DNA of 64,000 nucleotides from an uncultured Spirochaetota bacterium. GTDB taxonomy: Bacteria; Spirochaetota; Brevinematia; Brevinematales; JAOACQ01. Both the position numbers and the translations under genes were made by a program. How positions within the stretch are numbered: the stretch's first letter is position 1; every line of letters begins with the position of its first letter. The stretch covers positions 1 to 64,000 of the forward strand of contig CAWIGG010000002.1 in assembly GCA_963835575.1 (NCBI GenBank), written 5' to 3'. Shown here piece after piece: positions 41,531 to 50,795 of the stretch. A model generated the notes under the pieces. That model did no database searches, was not told where the DNA came from, and saw only the letters and a program-made list of their open reading frames with translations.

Positions 41531-42058
41531 CTATTTAAATATTTCATTAGCATCAATTTCAGCTGGCAGATTATCTTTTGTTAAATATCCTGGTAATCCC
41601 CACCATTGATTATAGTTATCATCATAATAATTAATAATTATTCTAATCTGTTCGTTATACAATTTTAATGAATCTAATAAATTCTGATAAATATATTTCT
41701 TTTCTTCAATTGATTTAACTTGAGCAAATCCAGCATCTTCTGGTGCAGGTTGAGGCATAACTATGGATTTTTGGGAAATATTCTCTTTAATATTATTATA
41801 ATAATTTTTTTCTATTGTTGATCTTTCATTTACAAATTTGTCTAATTCTTTAATATAAAGTGTATAAAATACAAATGAATGCTTCAGATTTTCCTCCCTT
41901 TTAACCAATTCCCTATAGAATTTAATACACATTTCATAGTTATATCTATAATTATTGAATGAAAATATAGTTGGTTTCTTTAAAGATTTAAAACATTTAT
42001 TATTTAGGTTGAGAATATCATAAAATTTTGGAATTAAATTACTATTTTCTTTTTCCAT
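41531..42058 (-). CDS. Hypothetical cassette protein
   Basis: Single ORF filling the cassette; ATG at 42058 after GGGGA. Confidence 0.7.
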   Translation of the reverse strand: MEKENSNLIPKFYDILNLNNKCFKSLKKPTIFSFNNYRYNYEMCIKFYRELVKREENLKHSFVFYTLYIKELDKFVNERSTIEKNYYNNIKENISQKSIVMPQPAPEDAGFAQVKSIEEKKYIYQNLLDSLKLYNEQIRIIINYYDDNYNQWWGLPGYLTKDNLPAEIDANEIFK

Positions 42059-42118
42059 AAATGTTCCCCTTATATAACAATTTAAAATCGAATAACCAGC
42101 TTCGGCCCGGCAAATTTC

Positions 42119-42276
42119 GTACAACGGTGCGCGTAGAAGAAGTTTGGCGGCCCGTCAGGGTTGGCGTCTTTTTTGCATCCCACGCGCAAAAAAGATGACA
42201 AAGCCAAATTTGCCGCAGGCCGAGCACCGCCCGGAGCCGCGCGAGGACGGAGCGGAGCTTCTACGCGTTGTTGAGT
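42119..42276 (-). repeat. attC-like site with IS1182 inserted at its GTT end
   Basis: GTACAAC-GGT-GCGCGTAGAAG ... CTTCTACGCGT-T-GTT|GAGT. Confidence 0.85.
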
Positions 42277-43994
42277 CTGTCGAAAAAGTGATATTTAATG
42301 TAAATTATTATCGATATAGCTTAAAATAATGAATGAAATAAATCAATAGCGGAAGGTTATATGGCAAGATACAAGACAGTTAATTATGAGCAGATGGAAA
42401 TGATACCGCTCAATTTTTCAGATCAGCTGATCGAAGGAACATATGAACACACACTCAATTTCCTAATCGAGGAAAAGGCTGACCTTTCCTGTTTTGATAT
42501 AAATTATAAAAATGATAAAACAGGCTCGAAAGCGATTTCTCCGGCAATTCTTCTGAAAATAATCCTTTTTGCCTATTCGAAAGGTATTACTACATCACGC
42601 AGGATTGAGGAAGCTTGCCGGGTGAATGTCATCTTCAAAGCCCTGTCCGGGAATACCGTTCCAGACCATTCCACTATAGCCGCTTTTGTTACCGGTATGA
42701 AAGACCGGATTAAAATAGTATTTCAGTTTGTGCTGATGGTCTGTTCTTCTGCGGGATTGATCGGCGGGGACATGTTCGCCGTTGACGGCTGTAAATTGCC
42801 TTCAAACGCTTCTAAAGAATGGAGCGGTACATTCAAAGACCTGAAAAAGAAACAGGAAAAGTTTGAAAAGCTGGCGGCATTTCTACTGGAAAAACACGCG
42901 CAAGCTGACTGCTCCGGCGAAAATGAAAAGTCTAAAGCGCTTCAAAAAAGATCGGAAAAAATACGGAAGAAAGCGGAGAAAATCGATGCCTTTCTCAAAT
43001 CCCAGAATCCCAAATACGGCAAGCGGGGACGTGAAAACCAATCGAATATTACCGATAACGAAAGCGCGAAAATCAAGAGTTCCCACGGTGTGATACAAGG
43101 TTATAATGGACTTGCGGTAGTGGATTCAAAGCATCAGGTGATTACCGCGGCGGAAGCTTTTGGTTTAGGCCAGGAAGGGGAAGTATTGAAGCCGATGGTT
43201 GAAATAACGGAGGAAAATTTAAGCGTGATAAAAGGAGAAACAAATCCGCTGGAAGGAAAAACAATACTGGGGGACACGAATTATTTCAGCGAAGAAAATC
43301 TAAAATATCTGGCGGAAGAAAAGAAGATGGAAGCTGTGATACCGGACAATCAATTTCGAGGGAGGGATGAACGGTTTACCGATCGGGGAAGGTTCAAGCC
43401 GAAACCGATGAAATACCGGGAACACGATTTTGAAAAAAATGAAGCTGATAATACTTATATATGCCCGAATGGAAAAATATTAAGCTATAAGGGATACCAG
43501 AGGCAATTGAGTAATTTCGGCCATAAATATCAGGCCAGGCAGGCGGATTGTTCAAAATGCGGGAAAAGGGGACAATGCTTAAAACATCCCGATAAGACAA
43601 GGCAAAGAACATTATATCTGGTGGACAAAAGAGGGGATAAAAACTATTCAAAAGAAATGGTAAATAAAATTGATCTGCCGGAAATCAGGGATTTGTACAG
43701 CCGGAGGATGGGAATAATTGAGCCGGTATTCGGTAACATCCGTTCTTGTAAAGGTATGGACCGTTTTACGCTCAGGGGTAAGAGTAAGGTTAATATCCAG
43801 TGGCTTTTGTTCTGTATAGTGCATAATATTGGTAAAATCCAGATATTTGGTAAGATTTAAGGGGGTGTTCATAGCCATAATACCGGCTTGAAATTGGAAA
43901 AATGGAAAATCCGGATAGAGAAATGAAAAATGATACTCTATCCGGCTTTCAGAAGACAGTTTTTATTCTCGTTTTTGGCTTTTTCGACAGGGTC
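42273..43994 (+). mobile_element. IS1182-family element, complete
   Basis: IRs GAGTCTGTCGAAAAAG / CTTTTTCGACAGGGTC; GTT on both flanks. Confidence 0.9.
42361..43860 (+). CDS. IS1182-family transposase
   Basis: LLKIILFAYSKGI.TSR.IE, PDHSTIA, AVDGCK, QGYN, YICP.GK, IEPVFG.I. Confidence 0.92.
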   Translation: MARYKTVNYEQMEMIPLNFSDQLIEGTYEHTLNFLIEEKADLSCFDINYKNDKTGSKAISPAILLKIILFAYSKGITTSRRIEEACRVNVIFKALSGNTVPDHSTIAAFVTGMKDRIKIVFQFVLMVCSSAGLIGGDMFAVDGCKLPSNASKEWSGTFKDLKKKQEKFEKLAAFLLEKHAQADCSGENEKSKALQKRSEKIRKKAEKIDAFLKSQNPKYGKRGRENQSNITDNESAKIKSSHGVIQGYNGLAVVDSKHQVITAAEAFGLGQEGEVLKPMVEITEENLSVIKGETNPLEGKTILGDTNYFSEENLKYLAEEKKMEAVIPDNQFRGRDERFTDRGRFKPKPMKYREHDFEKNEADNTYICPNGKILSYKGYQRQLSNFGHKYQARQADCSKCGKRGQCLKHPDKTRQRTLYLVDKRGDKNYSKEMVNKIDLPEIRDLYSRRMGIIEPVFGNIRSCKGMDRFTLRGKSKVNIQWLLFCIVHNIGKIQIFGKI

Positions 43995-44013
43995 GTTATA
44001 TGCCGTTGCCCAA

Positions 44014-45054
44014 TCATTCTTTTAACCCGCTTTCTGTAATTTTTAATATTACCGATTTAACAATGTCCAAGAATACAGATATTTCTTTTTCAGAATATGA
44101 CTTACTAATTACCCACTTTAGATTTGATTGAGCATTAACAAAATAACCTGTCTTTACAAGATTCTCTTTATAGTAATCTATAATAATTTCAGGATTATTG
44201 ATTTTCTTTTGAATTTCTTCAAAACCGGAATAAATACTTTGTTTAAAAACTGATTTTGGAGGATAACCAAATAATAATGCGATTTTTTTATCACTTATAT
44301 TTAGATTTAAAGAATATCCTTTTGAACCCCAAATAAACATTAAGGTATTGACTTTTGCAAACTCGATAATTTTATTGAAAACCAATTTTCCATTTTCATC
44401 TAAAGATTCTAAAAAGTCTTTCTGATTTACTTTTGGTAATGAAGCAGATTGAACATTTTGTTTTTTATATTCTTCATCGCCTATTATCATATCTGAAGAA
44501 ACGACTTTTTCTCCATTTTTTGATTCAAAATATTTAAATTCTAAACAATTAATATCAATTCCTTTTTGTCTTAAGAAAACAGCAGTTTGTTTAATTTCTT
44601 TGCTAATTTCCTGAGCGATAATTAGTAAACGCATATTTTTATTAAATGATACTTGTTGATCCGGTTCTTGAATAAAATATTGATTGTGATAATCTTCTAA
44701 ATTTGATTCTTCTCCATAATATTCTTTAAATATTTCATTTAATTGCTCATAATTCAAATTTTCAATAAATGATGCATATTCAAGTATTTGTGCGATGGTT
44801 TCTCTGGGTGTTTTATCTCTTTTTAGTTCAATGACAACAACATTGCCAATTTTATCTATTCCCAATAAGTCAATATAAGCATTGAAATTAGTTGATACCT
44901 GTCTTCCAATAATTAATATTTTTGTATTTTCAAAGAAATAATCCGGATTCTTTTCCAGTAAAATTTCTAAATCTTTTTCTATATTATTAATTTTGAAATT
45001 TTGTTCTTTGTAAGGAGTGAAATTTCCTTCATTGTTTATTGTAAATAATTTCAT
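44014..45054 (-). CDS. NucS/DUF91-like PD-(D/E)xK endonuclease, cassette gene
   Basis: EKDLE, IGRQ, IDLLGID..G.VVVIELKR, AQILEYA. Confidence 0.75.
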   Translation of the reverse strand: MKLFTINNEGNFTPYKEQNFKINNIEKDLEILLEKNPDYFFENTKILIIGRQVSTNFNAYIDLLGIDKIGNVVVIELKRDKTPRETIAQILEYASFIENLNYEQLNEIFKEYYGEESNLEDYHNQYFIQEPDQQVSFNKNMRLLIIAQEISKEIKQTAVFLRQKGIDINCLEFKYFESKNGEKVVSSDMIIGDEEYKKQNVQSASLPKVNQKDFLESLDENGKLVFNKIIEFAKVNTLMFIWGSKGYSLNLNISDKKIALLFGYPPKSVFKQSIYSGFEEIQKKINNPEIIIDYYKENLVKTGYFVNAQSNLKWVISKSYSEKEISVFLDIVKSVILKITESGLKE

Positions 45055-45086
45055 TTGTTTCCTCCAAAAGCTGATTGGGCAATGGC

Positions 45087-45272
45087 ATATAACGGCACAG
45101 ACAAGCCGACGTTTTTTCGGCTTAGAGCCAGGCTTGCCGCTCTTAGCCGAAAAAATGTGGTGAACTTTTTGTCCTTCTCCTCCGGCCTACTTCTCAAAAA
45201 GTGAACCTGAGGAACGGAACCCGGAGCGACTGAGCGTAGGGTGAGTACCGGAACGTTTGTCTGTTGTTAGCT
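45087..45272 (-). repeat. attC-like site (186 bp)
   Basis: ATATAAC-GGC-ACAGACAA ... TTGTCTGT-T-GTTAGCT. Confidence 0.85.
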
Positions 45273-45447
45273 GCTGTGCCGGTTGCCGTGTATCATGAGC
45301 ATATTTTATTTTTATTCCAAGTTTTTTTGATAGTTTTTCAACATAATTATGAGTTTCTTTAACAATTTTTAATAAGTCATAATCATTTTCAGCAGACATT
45401 TTTCTTTGAACAATTTCTTTATTTTTGATAATTTCATCTAAAATCAT
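45187..45447 (-). CDS. Small partner of PIN protein (stop lies inside attC)
   Basis: Same position as 7673-7831 relative to a PIN gene; RBS GGAGG. Confidence 0.6.
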   Translation of the reverse strand: MILDEIIKNKEIVQRKMSAENDYDLLKIVKETHNYVEKLSKKLGIKIKYAHDTRQPAQQLTTDKRSGTHPTLSRSGFRSSGSLFEK

Positions 45448-45451
45448 AAAT

Positions 45452-45931
45452 TTATTCCTCCTTATTTAGTAATTCTAAAGGTGTGATAATTTCAGGTATA
45501 TACAATCCCAATCTAGTATTAATAATTCTGATGTGTTGTTTTTTATTTCCATTTGCCAAATGAGTACAATTCCAGGTCAATAAAAAATCGATTTTATAAT
45601 AAGACGCATAAGATAAATGAAGTGCATCTCCACCTAATTCTTTAGGCATTAAATAATTGTCAATATAAATCTGTGCGATATCAAGAACATCTTTATTTGG
45701 AGGTAAAACGGTAAGTTTCAAAGCGTTTTGAAGAACTTGTTCTTTTCTTGGATAATTACTTTCTCCAAGCTCTTTTAATGTTTCTTCTGATAAGGATACT
45801 TTATAAAATTTCTTTTCTTCTTTCCACCATTTTTTTGTGATATCAATAAGAAATTGAATCTCTTCCCTTTCATCATAAAGAAAACTCAGAACTGTAGAAT
45901 CTAAATAAACAGATTTCATAAAATATCCCAC
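45452..45931 (-). CDS. PIN-domain (VapC-like) protein
   Basis: VYLDSTVLS, DALHL, LLTWNCTHLAN, ITPLEL. Confidence 0.85.
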   Translation of the reverse strand: MGYFMKSVYLDSTVLSFLYDEREEIQFLIDITKKWWKEEKKFYKVSLSEETLKELGESNYPRKEQVLQNALKLTVLPPNKDVLDIAQIYIDNYLMPKELGGDALHLSYASYYKIDFLLTWNCTHLANGNKKQHIRIINTRLGLYIPEIITPLELLNKEE

Positions 45932-46024
45932 TTATTTTTTATTAATTATAATACTAAAATGAAATTATCACACTTTTTTTATTGCGTTTTTTGTTTTATA
46001 ACAAAGCCAGGCAACCGGCATTTC

Positions 46025-46200
46025 AGCTAACGGTGGCGGACAAACGACGTTTGCAAGCCTTAGAGCCAGGCTTGCCGCTCTTAGGCTTGCAAATGTGGTG
46101 AACCTTTTGTCTTTCTCCTCCGTCCTACCCAACAAAAGGTGAACCCGAGGAGCGCAGGCGTCGCAACGCCGAGCACCGCAGCGTTTGTCCGCTGTTGGGC
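46025..46200 (-). repeat. attC-like site (176 bp)
   Basis: AGCTAAC-GGTG-GCGGACAAACG ... CGTTTGTCCGC-T-GTTGGGC. Confidence 0.85.
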
Positions 46201-46588
46201 GATGGCGGCCAATTCTCTGAATGAATAAGATTTTCCGCAGGCAATTATTTCGCTGAATTTCTCAGTCTTTCTATAAATATCATTACTTGACAACGGCACT
46301 TATTTTCTTACATATGCCTGCGACCATAACCCTTCTCTTTATTCATTATAATCAAAAATGCCCATAATAATTTTATCAAACAGCCTTTATTTTTTCAAAT
46401 AAGAATTCTTAAAAAATAATATTTTCAAGTAAAAAAAACAACATAAAAATAATTTTATTTCTATTATAACTAATTTATAAGCCAAATATCTAAATTATCT
46501 CTTACAACCTGAACTACGCAGAGAAATATCCGTCCTTCCCGGGCATTTTTGAATGTTTATTATACAGCATTGGCCGCTTTCGCCCAAC
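46194..46588 (-). other. First cassette, ORF-less, with candidate promoter
   Basis: Bounded by GTTGGGCGAnnGCGGCCAAT inverted repeats; no credible ORF; TTGGGC-17-TATAAT at 46587-46559. Confidence 0.7.
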
Positions 46589-46655
46589 TCTATATAAAAG
46601 AATTTCGTTTTTTATGAAAATAATTACTACGATTTATTGTATAAAATACGAAATT
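46582..46655 (-). promoter_or_regulatory. attI-like site
   Basis: Cassette end GCCCAAC is followed by AT-rich non-attC sequence 95 bp from the integrase stop. Confidence 0.7.
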
Positions 46656-46683
46656 GAATCAGATTATTTTAATAAGCTAATAT

Positions 46684-47745
46684 TTAAGTGTCAAGATTAG
46701 TTTTTTTTAAGCTTAGAGTTACATCAAGGGGGCTGATAATATTTTTAACTATGTTTTTTGAAATATGGGTATAGATCTCTGTCGTTTTTAGACTTTTGTG
46801 CCCCAGAAAGGTCTGGATATACCGGATATCTGTTCCATTTTCCAGAAGGTGTGTCGCGAATGAATGCCTCAGACAGTGAATACTGCATTTTTTATTGATC
46901 CCGGTTTTTATAACGGCATTTTCAAATACTTTTTCCGCTGTTCTTATCGTTATGTGGCTGTTTATGTCATAACTTGGAAAAAGCCAGATGAGAGTATTGT
47001 AATGTTTGGTATAATCATCCATCAATGAAAGGATGATATCCGAAAGTATGGTGATCCTGTCTTTATTCCCTTTGGCCTTCCTGATAAATATCTGCTTTCT
47101 TTCACGGTCAAGGTCTTCAATTTTTAGTTTGACAGCTTCGCTGACCCTTAATCCGGCCGAATATATAATGGAGATTAAAAGTTTGTGTTTTAAATTATCG
47201 ATACCGGATAGTAATTTTATGATTTCCCCTGTATTTAAAATCACAGGAAGCTTTTTGTCTTTTTTTGCCCTGGGTATGTATACCGTAAAATCCTTCTTCA
47301 ATATTTTACCATAGAAATATTTAATCGCGTTAACGGCGCAATTAATAGTTGACGAGGACAGGTTTTCTTCATCCGCGAGATAATAAAGGTATTCCATAAT
47401 TTCAGGCCTGGTTATTAATTCCGGTTTTTTCCCATGATATTCAAGCATATTTTTATTGTAATAAAGATATGAGGCTATTGTCTGAGAACTGTATTTTCTG
47501 ATCTTAAGCTCTTTCTCCAATACGGTCAGATAATGATCGTAAGAGAATAATTCGTGATAACTTTCCGGGAATAATTCCTTTAGCCGGATAATATTTTCTT
47601 TTTTCGGGTTTATTAACCAGCATTTATTCTGCTTGTCCCATTTGCTTCCGGAAATTGTATGCATTTTCTCAATTAAATCTATGTCATAAAGGAAACACAC
47701 CTCAATTTCCCCGCTATTATTATATCGCATCTTCACATCTTTCAT
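46684..47745 (-). CDS. Integron-associated tyrosine recombinase (Xer/IntI-like, no IntI-specific insertion visible)
   Basis: SAM-like YS.QT..SY domain, SAGLRVSE, KAKGNKDR, HCLRHSFATHLLE.GTDIR.IQ..LGH....TEIYTH; extra N-terminal domain. Confidence 0.85.
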   Translation of the reverse strand: MKDVKMRYNNSGEIEVCFLYDIDLIEKMHTISGSKWDKQNKCWLINPKKENIIRLKELFPESYHELFSYDHYLTVLEKELKIRKYSSQTIASYLYYNKNMLEYHGKKPELITRPEIMEYLYYLADEENLSSSTINCAVNAIKYFYGKILKKDFTVYIPRAKKDKKLPVILNTGEIIKLLSGIDNLKHKLLISIIYSAGLRVSEAVKLKIEDLDRERKQIFIRKAKGNKDRITILSDIILSLMDDYTKHYNTLIWLFPSYDINSHITIRTAEKVFENAVIKTGINKKCSIHCLRHSFATHLLENGTDIRYIQTFLGHKSLKTTEIYTHISKNIVKNIISPLDVTLSLKKTNLDT

Positions 47746-48086
47746 ATTTTTCTCCTCTTTTACCTTAATACCTGAAACTTGTTAAATGGTATGTAGATTA
47801 TGTTTTATTGTTGTAAATAAATATTAACATTTAGCTCAATATTAAGAATATAAATCGAATTTCGTTAATTAATTACGAAATATGGATTGCTGTCTTCCCG
47901 GGTTGAAGGCGGCTGATTACGGCTTTAATATGGAAGGAGTGTATTTGCCGCATGGGAAGGAGTATAATACTGTCAGCGCAAAAAAAGTTTTTTTATTAAA
48001 ATGTATTATTATCGCCTGAAATTTATTACTCTTTGATAAATAACCTGTCTTCTATTATAATACTATAGTGTAAATTTGGAGTGAAT

Positions 48087-49895
48087 ATGTCTTACAGGGA
48101 TCAGATCAGGAATTTTTCCATCATCGCTCATATCGACCATGGCAAGTCGACGCTGGCCGACAGGATCCTGGAAAAGACCGGCATCATTGATAAAGCGAAA
48201 GGCGGGGAGCAGGTCCTCGATTCCATGACGGTTAAGAAGGATCATGGCATTACCGTCAAGGCGCATACGGTTTCCGTGCCGTACAAAGCGAAAGACGGGA
48301 TTGATTACACGCTGAACCTGATCGATACGCCGGGCCATGTCGATTTTTCCTACGAAGTTTCCCGGAGCCTCGGCGCGTGCGAGGGCGTTCTTCTTTTGAT
48401 CGACGCCTCGCAGGGCGTTCAGGCGCAGACGCTCTCCAATTTTTATCTTGCCTTCGAGCAGAACCTGGAGATCATTCCTGTGATCAATAAAATCGACCTG
48501 CCCAGCGCCCATATCGATATGGTAAACGAACAGATCGAAAAAGACCTCGGCCTTTCTCCGGAAAGCGCGCTCAAGATCAGCGCCAAGGCGGGCATCGGCA
48601 TCGAGGAAGTTCTGGAAGCGCTTGTCACTAAAATCCCGCCGCCGAAGGGCGACGAAAACGCCCCGCTCAAGGCCCTTGTTTTCGATTCTTATTACGACAT
48701 CTACCGCGGTGTGATCGTCAAGGTGCGGGTTTATGAAGGGAGCGTCAGGCATGGCGACCAGATTTCCTTTATGCTTTCCAACCGCGAGTACCAGGTGGAG
48801 GAAGTCGGGCTCATGCGGATGAGCCTGCTGAAAAGGGACGAGCTCCGTGCCGGCGAGGTTGGTTACATCATCGCCGGGATCAAGTCCATCTCGGAATTCG
48901 GCGTCGGCGATACGATCACAACGAAGATTCATCCCTGTGATAAGCCGCTGGCCGGCTACAAGCCGCCCAAGCAGTATGTTTTCGCCGGGCTTTTTCCCAT
49001 CGAGGGCGAGCAGTTTGATGAGCTTCATGAAGCGCTTTATAAGCTCAAGCTGAACGACGCCTCTCTCTCATTCATAAAGTGGAATTCCGGCGCCCTGGGC
49101 ATGGGCTTCAAGTGCGGCTTCCTGGGCCTTCTGCATCTTCAGATCATCCAGGAGCGGCTGGAAAGCGAGTTCAACCTTAGTATCATCTCCACAGTACCGT
49201 CTGTTGAATACCGGATCAAGCTGACGAACGGTAACACTATTTTTATAGAGAACGCCACGGAACTTCCTGAGAACAGCAGCGTCTCCCAGATTGAGGAGCC
49301 GTGGGTGACAGCTCGGATCATACTGCCGAACGATTTTCTCGGCACGGTCCTCGACCTGATCCAGAAAAGGCGCGGCATCCAGAAGAACATGCTCTATATC
49401 GATTCCACACGTGTCGAGGTCAAGTGCGAGCTGCCGCTGGCGGAGATCATCTACGATTTTTACGACAAGCTGAAATCCTTCTCGAAAGGCTACGCCTCCT
49501 TCGATTACGAATTCCTCGAGTTCCGCCGCGGCAAAGTTGTCAGGATGGACATCCTTGTGAACGGCAAGCCCGTGGACGCGCTGGCCCAAATGGTCCATGA
49601 GGACAATGCCTACGCCCGCGCGCGTTCCGTCTGCGAAAAGCTCCGCGAGCTCATTCCCCAGCATCTCTTTCAGATCCCGGTCCAGGCTGCGATGGGAGGC
49701 AAGATCATCGCGCGCGAGACGATCAAGGCACTGCGCAAGGACGTGACGGCCAAATGCTACGGCGGCGACATCACCCGGAAGCGCAAGCTCCTCGAGAAGC
49801 AGAAGGAAGGCAAAAAGCGGATGAAGACCATCGGCAATGTGGACATTCCGCAGGAAGCCTTTATCGAAGTCCTCAAACGGGGCGACGATGAATAG
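48087..49895 (+). CDS. lepA: Elongation factor 4
   Basis: IRNFSIIAHIDHGKSTLADR; KCYGGDITRKRKLLEKQKEGKKRMK. Confidence 0.98.
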   Translation: MSYRDQIRNFSIIAHIDHGKSTLADRILEKTGIIDKAKGGEQVLDSMTVKKDHGITVKAHTVSVPYKAKDGIDYTLNLIDTPGHVDFSYEVSRSLGACEGVLLLIDASQGVQAQTLSNFYLAFEQNLEIIPVINKIDLPSAHIDMVNEQIEKDLGLSPESALKISAKAGIGIEEVLEALVTKIPPPKGDENAPLKALVFDSYYDIYRGVIVKVRVYEGSVRHGDQISFMLSNREYQVEEVGLMRMSLLKRDELRAGEVGYIIAGIKSISEFGVGDTITTKIHPCDKPLAGYKPPKQYVFAGLFPIEGEQFDELHEALYKLKLNDASLSFIKWNSGALGMGFKCGFLGLLHLQIIQERLESEFNLSIISTVPSVEYRIKLTNGNTIFIENATELPENSSVSQIEEPWVTARIILPNDFLGTVLDLIQKRRGIQKNMLYIDSTRVEVKCELPLAEIIYDFYDKLKSFSKGYASFDYEFLEFRRGKVVRMDILVNGKPVDALAQMVHEDNAYARARSVCEKLRELIPQHLFQIPVQAAMGGKIIARETIKALRKDVTAKCYGGDITRKRKLLEKQKEGKKRMKTIGNVDIPQEAFIEVLKRGDDE

Positions 49896-50541
49896 GATCA
49901 TCCTGGCCAGCGCCTCTATCGGCCGGAAAAGGCTCTTTGAAAAATATTTTACGGAATTTACAGTCTGCGTGTCAGACTTTGATGAAAGCTCGGTTCAAAA
50001 CAGCAGTCCTTCCGAACTGACGCGGCTTCTGGCGCTTTACAAATCAGGAAGTGTTGCCGAAAAGTTTCCCTCCGATTTTGTTGTCGGCTTTGATACAGTT
50101 GTCGTGTGCGAAGGTAAAATTCTGGGGAAGCCGGCTGATTTGAATGAAGCCCGAAAAATCCTGCGTTTTCTCAGCGGAAAAAAGCAGTCCGTCCTCAGCG
50201 GCTACGCGGTGATCCTCCGCGGCAAAGGCATTGAGATTTCAGGGGTAGGGGAAACGGTGCTTCTCTTTAAAAAATTGACTGATGAATTTATAGAAAACTA
50301 TATCAGGGAGCATCCTGTCACAAAATACGCCGGCGCGTACGGCGTTCAGGACAAGGACGAGTTGATCCAGATCATAAAGGGCGGTTTTGATAATGTCATC
50401 GGCGCGCCGATGGATGAAATAATCGCGCATCTCAAAAAAGCGGGCGCTCCGGAAGGGCTTTTTAAAAAGATATATACCGGATTTTCCGCGAATGCACATA
50501 AGGATTTCATTTCACAGGAAGACACGAAGACGGGAAGATAA
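49888..50541 (+). CDS. maf: Maf-family nucleotide pyrophosphatase
   Basis: IILASAS, FDE, DTVV...ILGKP, AGAYG.Q, NVIG.P. Confidence 0.85.
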   Translation: MNRIILASASIGRKRLFEKYFTEFTVCVSDFDESSVQNSSPSELTRLLALYKSGSVAEKFPSDFVVGFDTVVVCEGKILGKPADLNEARKILRFLSGKKQSVLSGYAVILRGKGIEISGVGETVLLFKKLTDEFIENYIREHPVTKYAGAYGVQDKDELIQIIKGGFDNVIGAPMDEIIAHLKKAGAPEGLFKKIYTGFSANAHKDFISQEDTKTGR

Positions 50542-50795
50542 TATTGTCTTTCAATCCCTTATCATGCTGTTAAACATTATTAATCAAATAAATAACCTCA
50601 GGGATTGGTAAATAATATGATAATGTTTCTTCCAAATATATTTCCTATTTCTTTCAAATAATGAAATGGATGTTTATTTATATATAAACGACATAATTCA
50701 ATCAGCTTTCGCCTTATACTCTTCCCGGCTTCGTGCCTTCCTGTTAAAATTCCCAAATTCGCGTCCATTCGCGTGAATTAGCGGATTATCCGTTC

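Noticed and set aside
48063..49901. Long antisense ORFs opposite lepA (similarly opposite katG, trxB and rnf genes)
   Set aside because: Shadow frames caused by GC3-biased codons.
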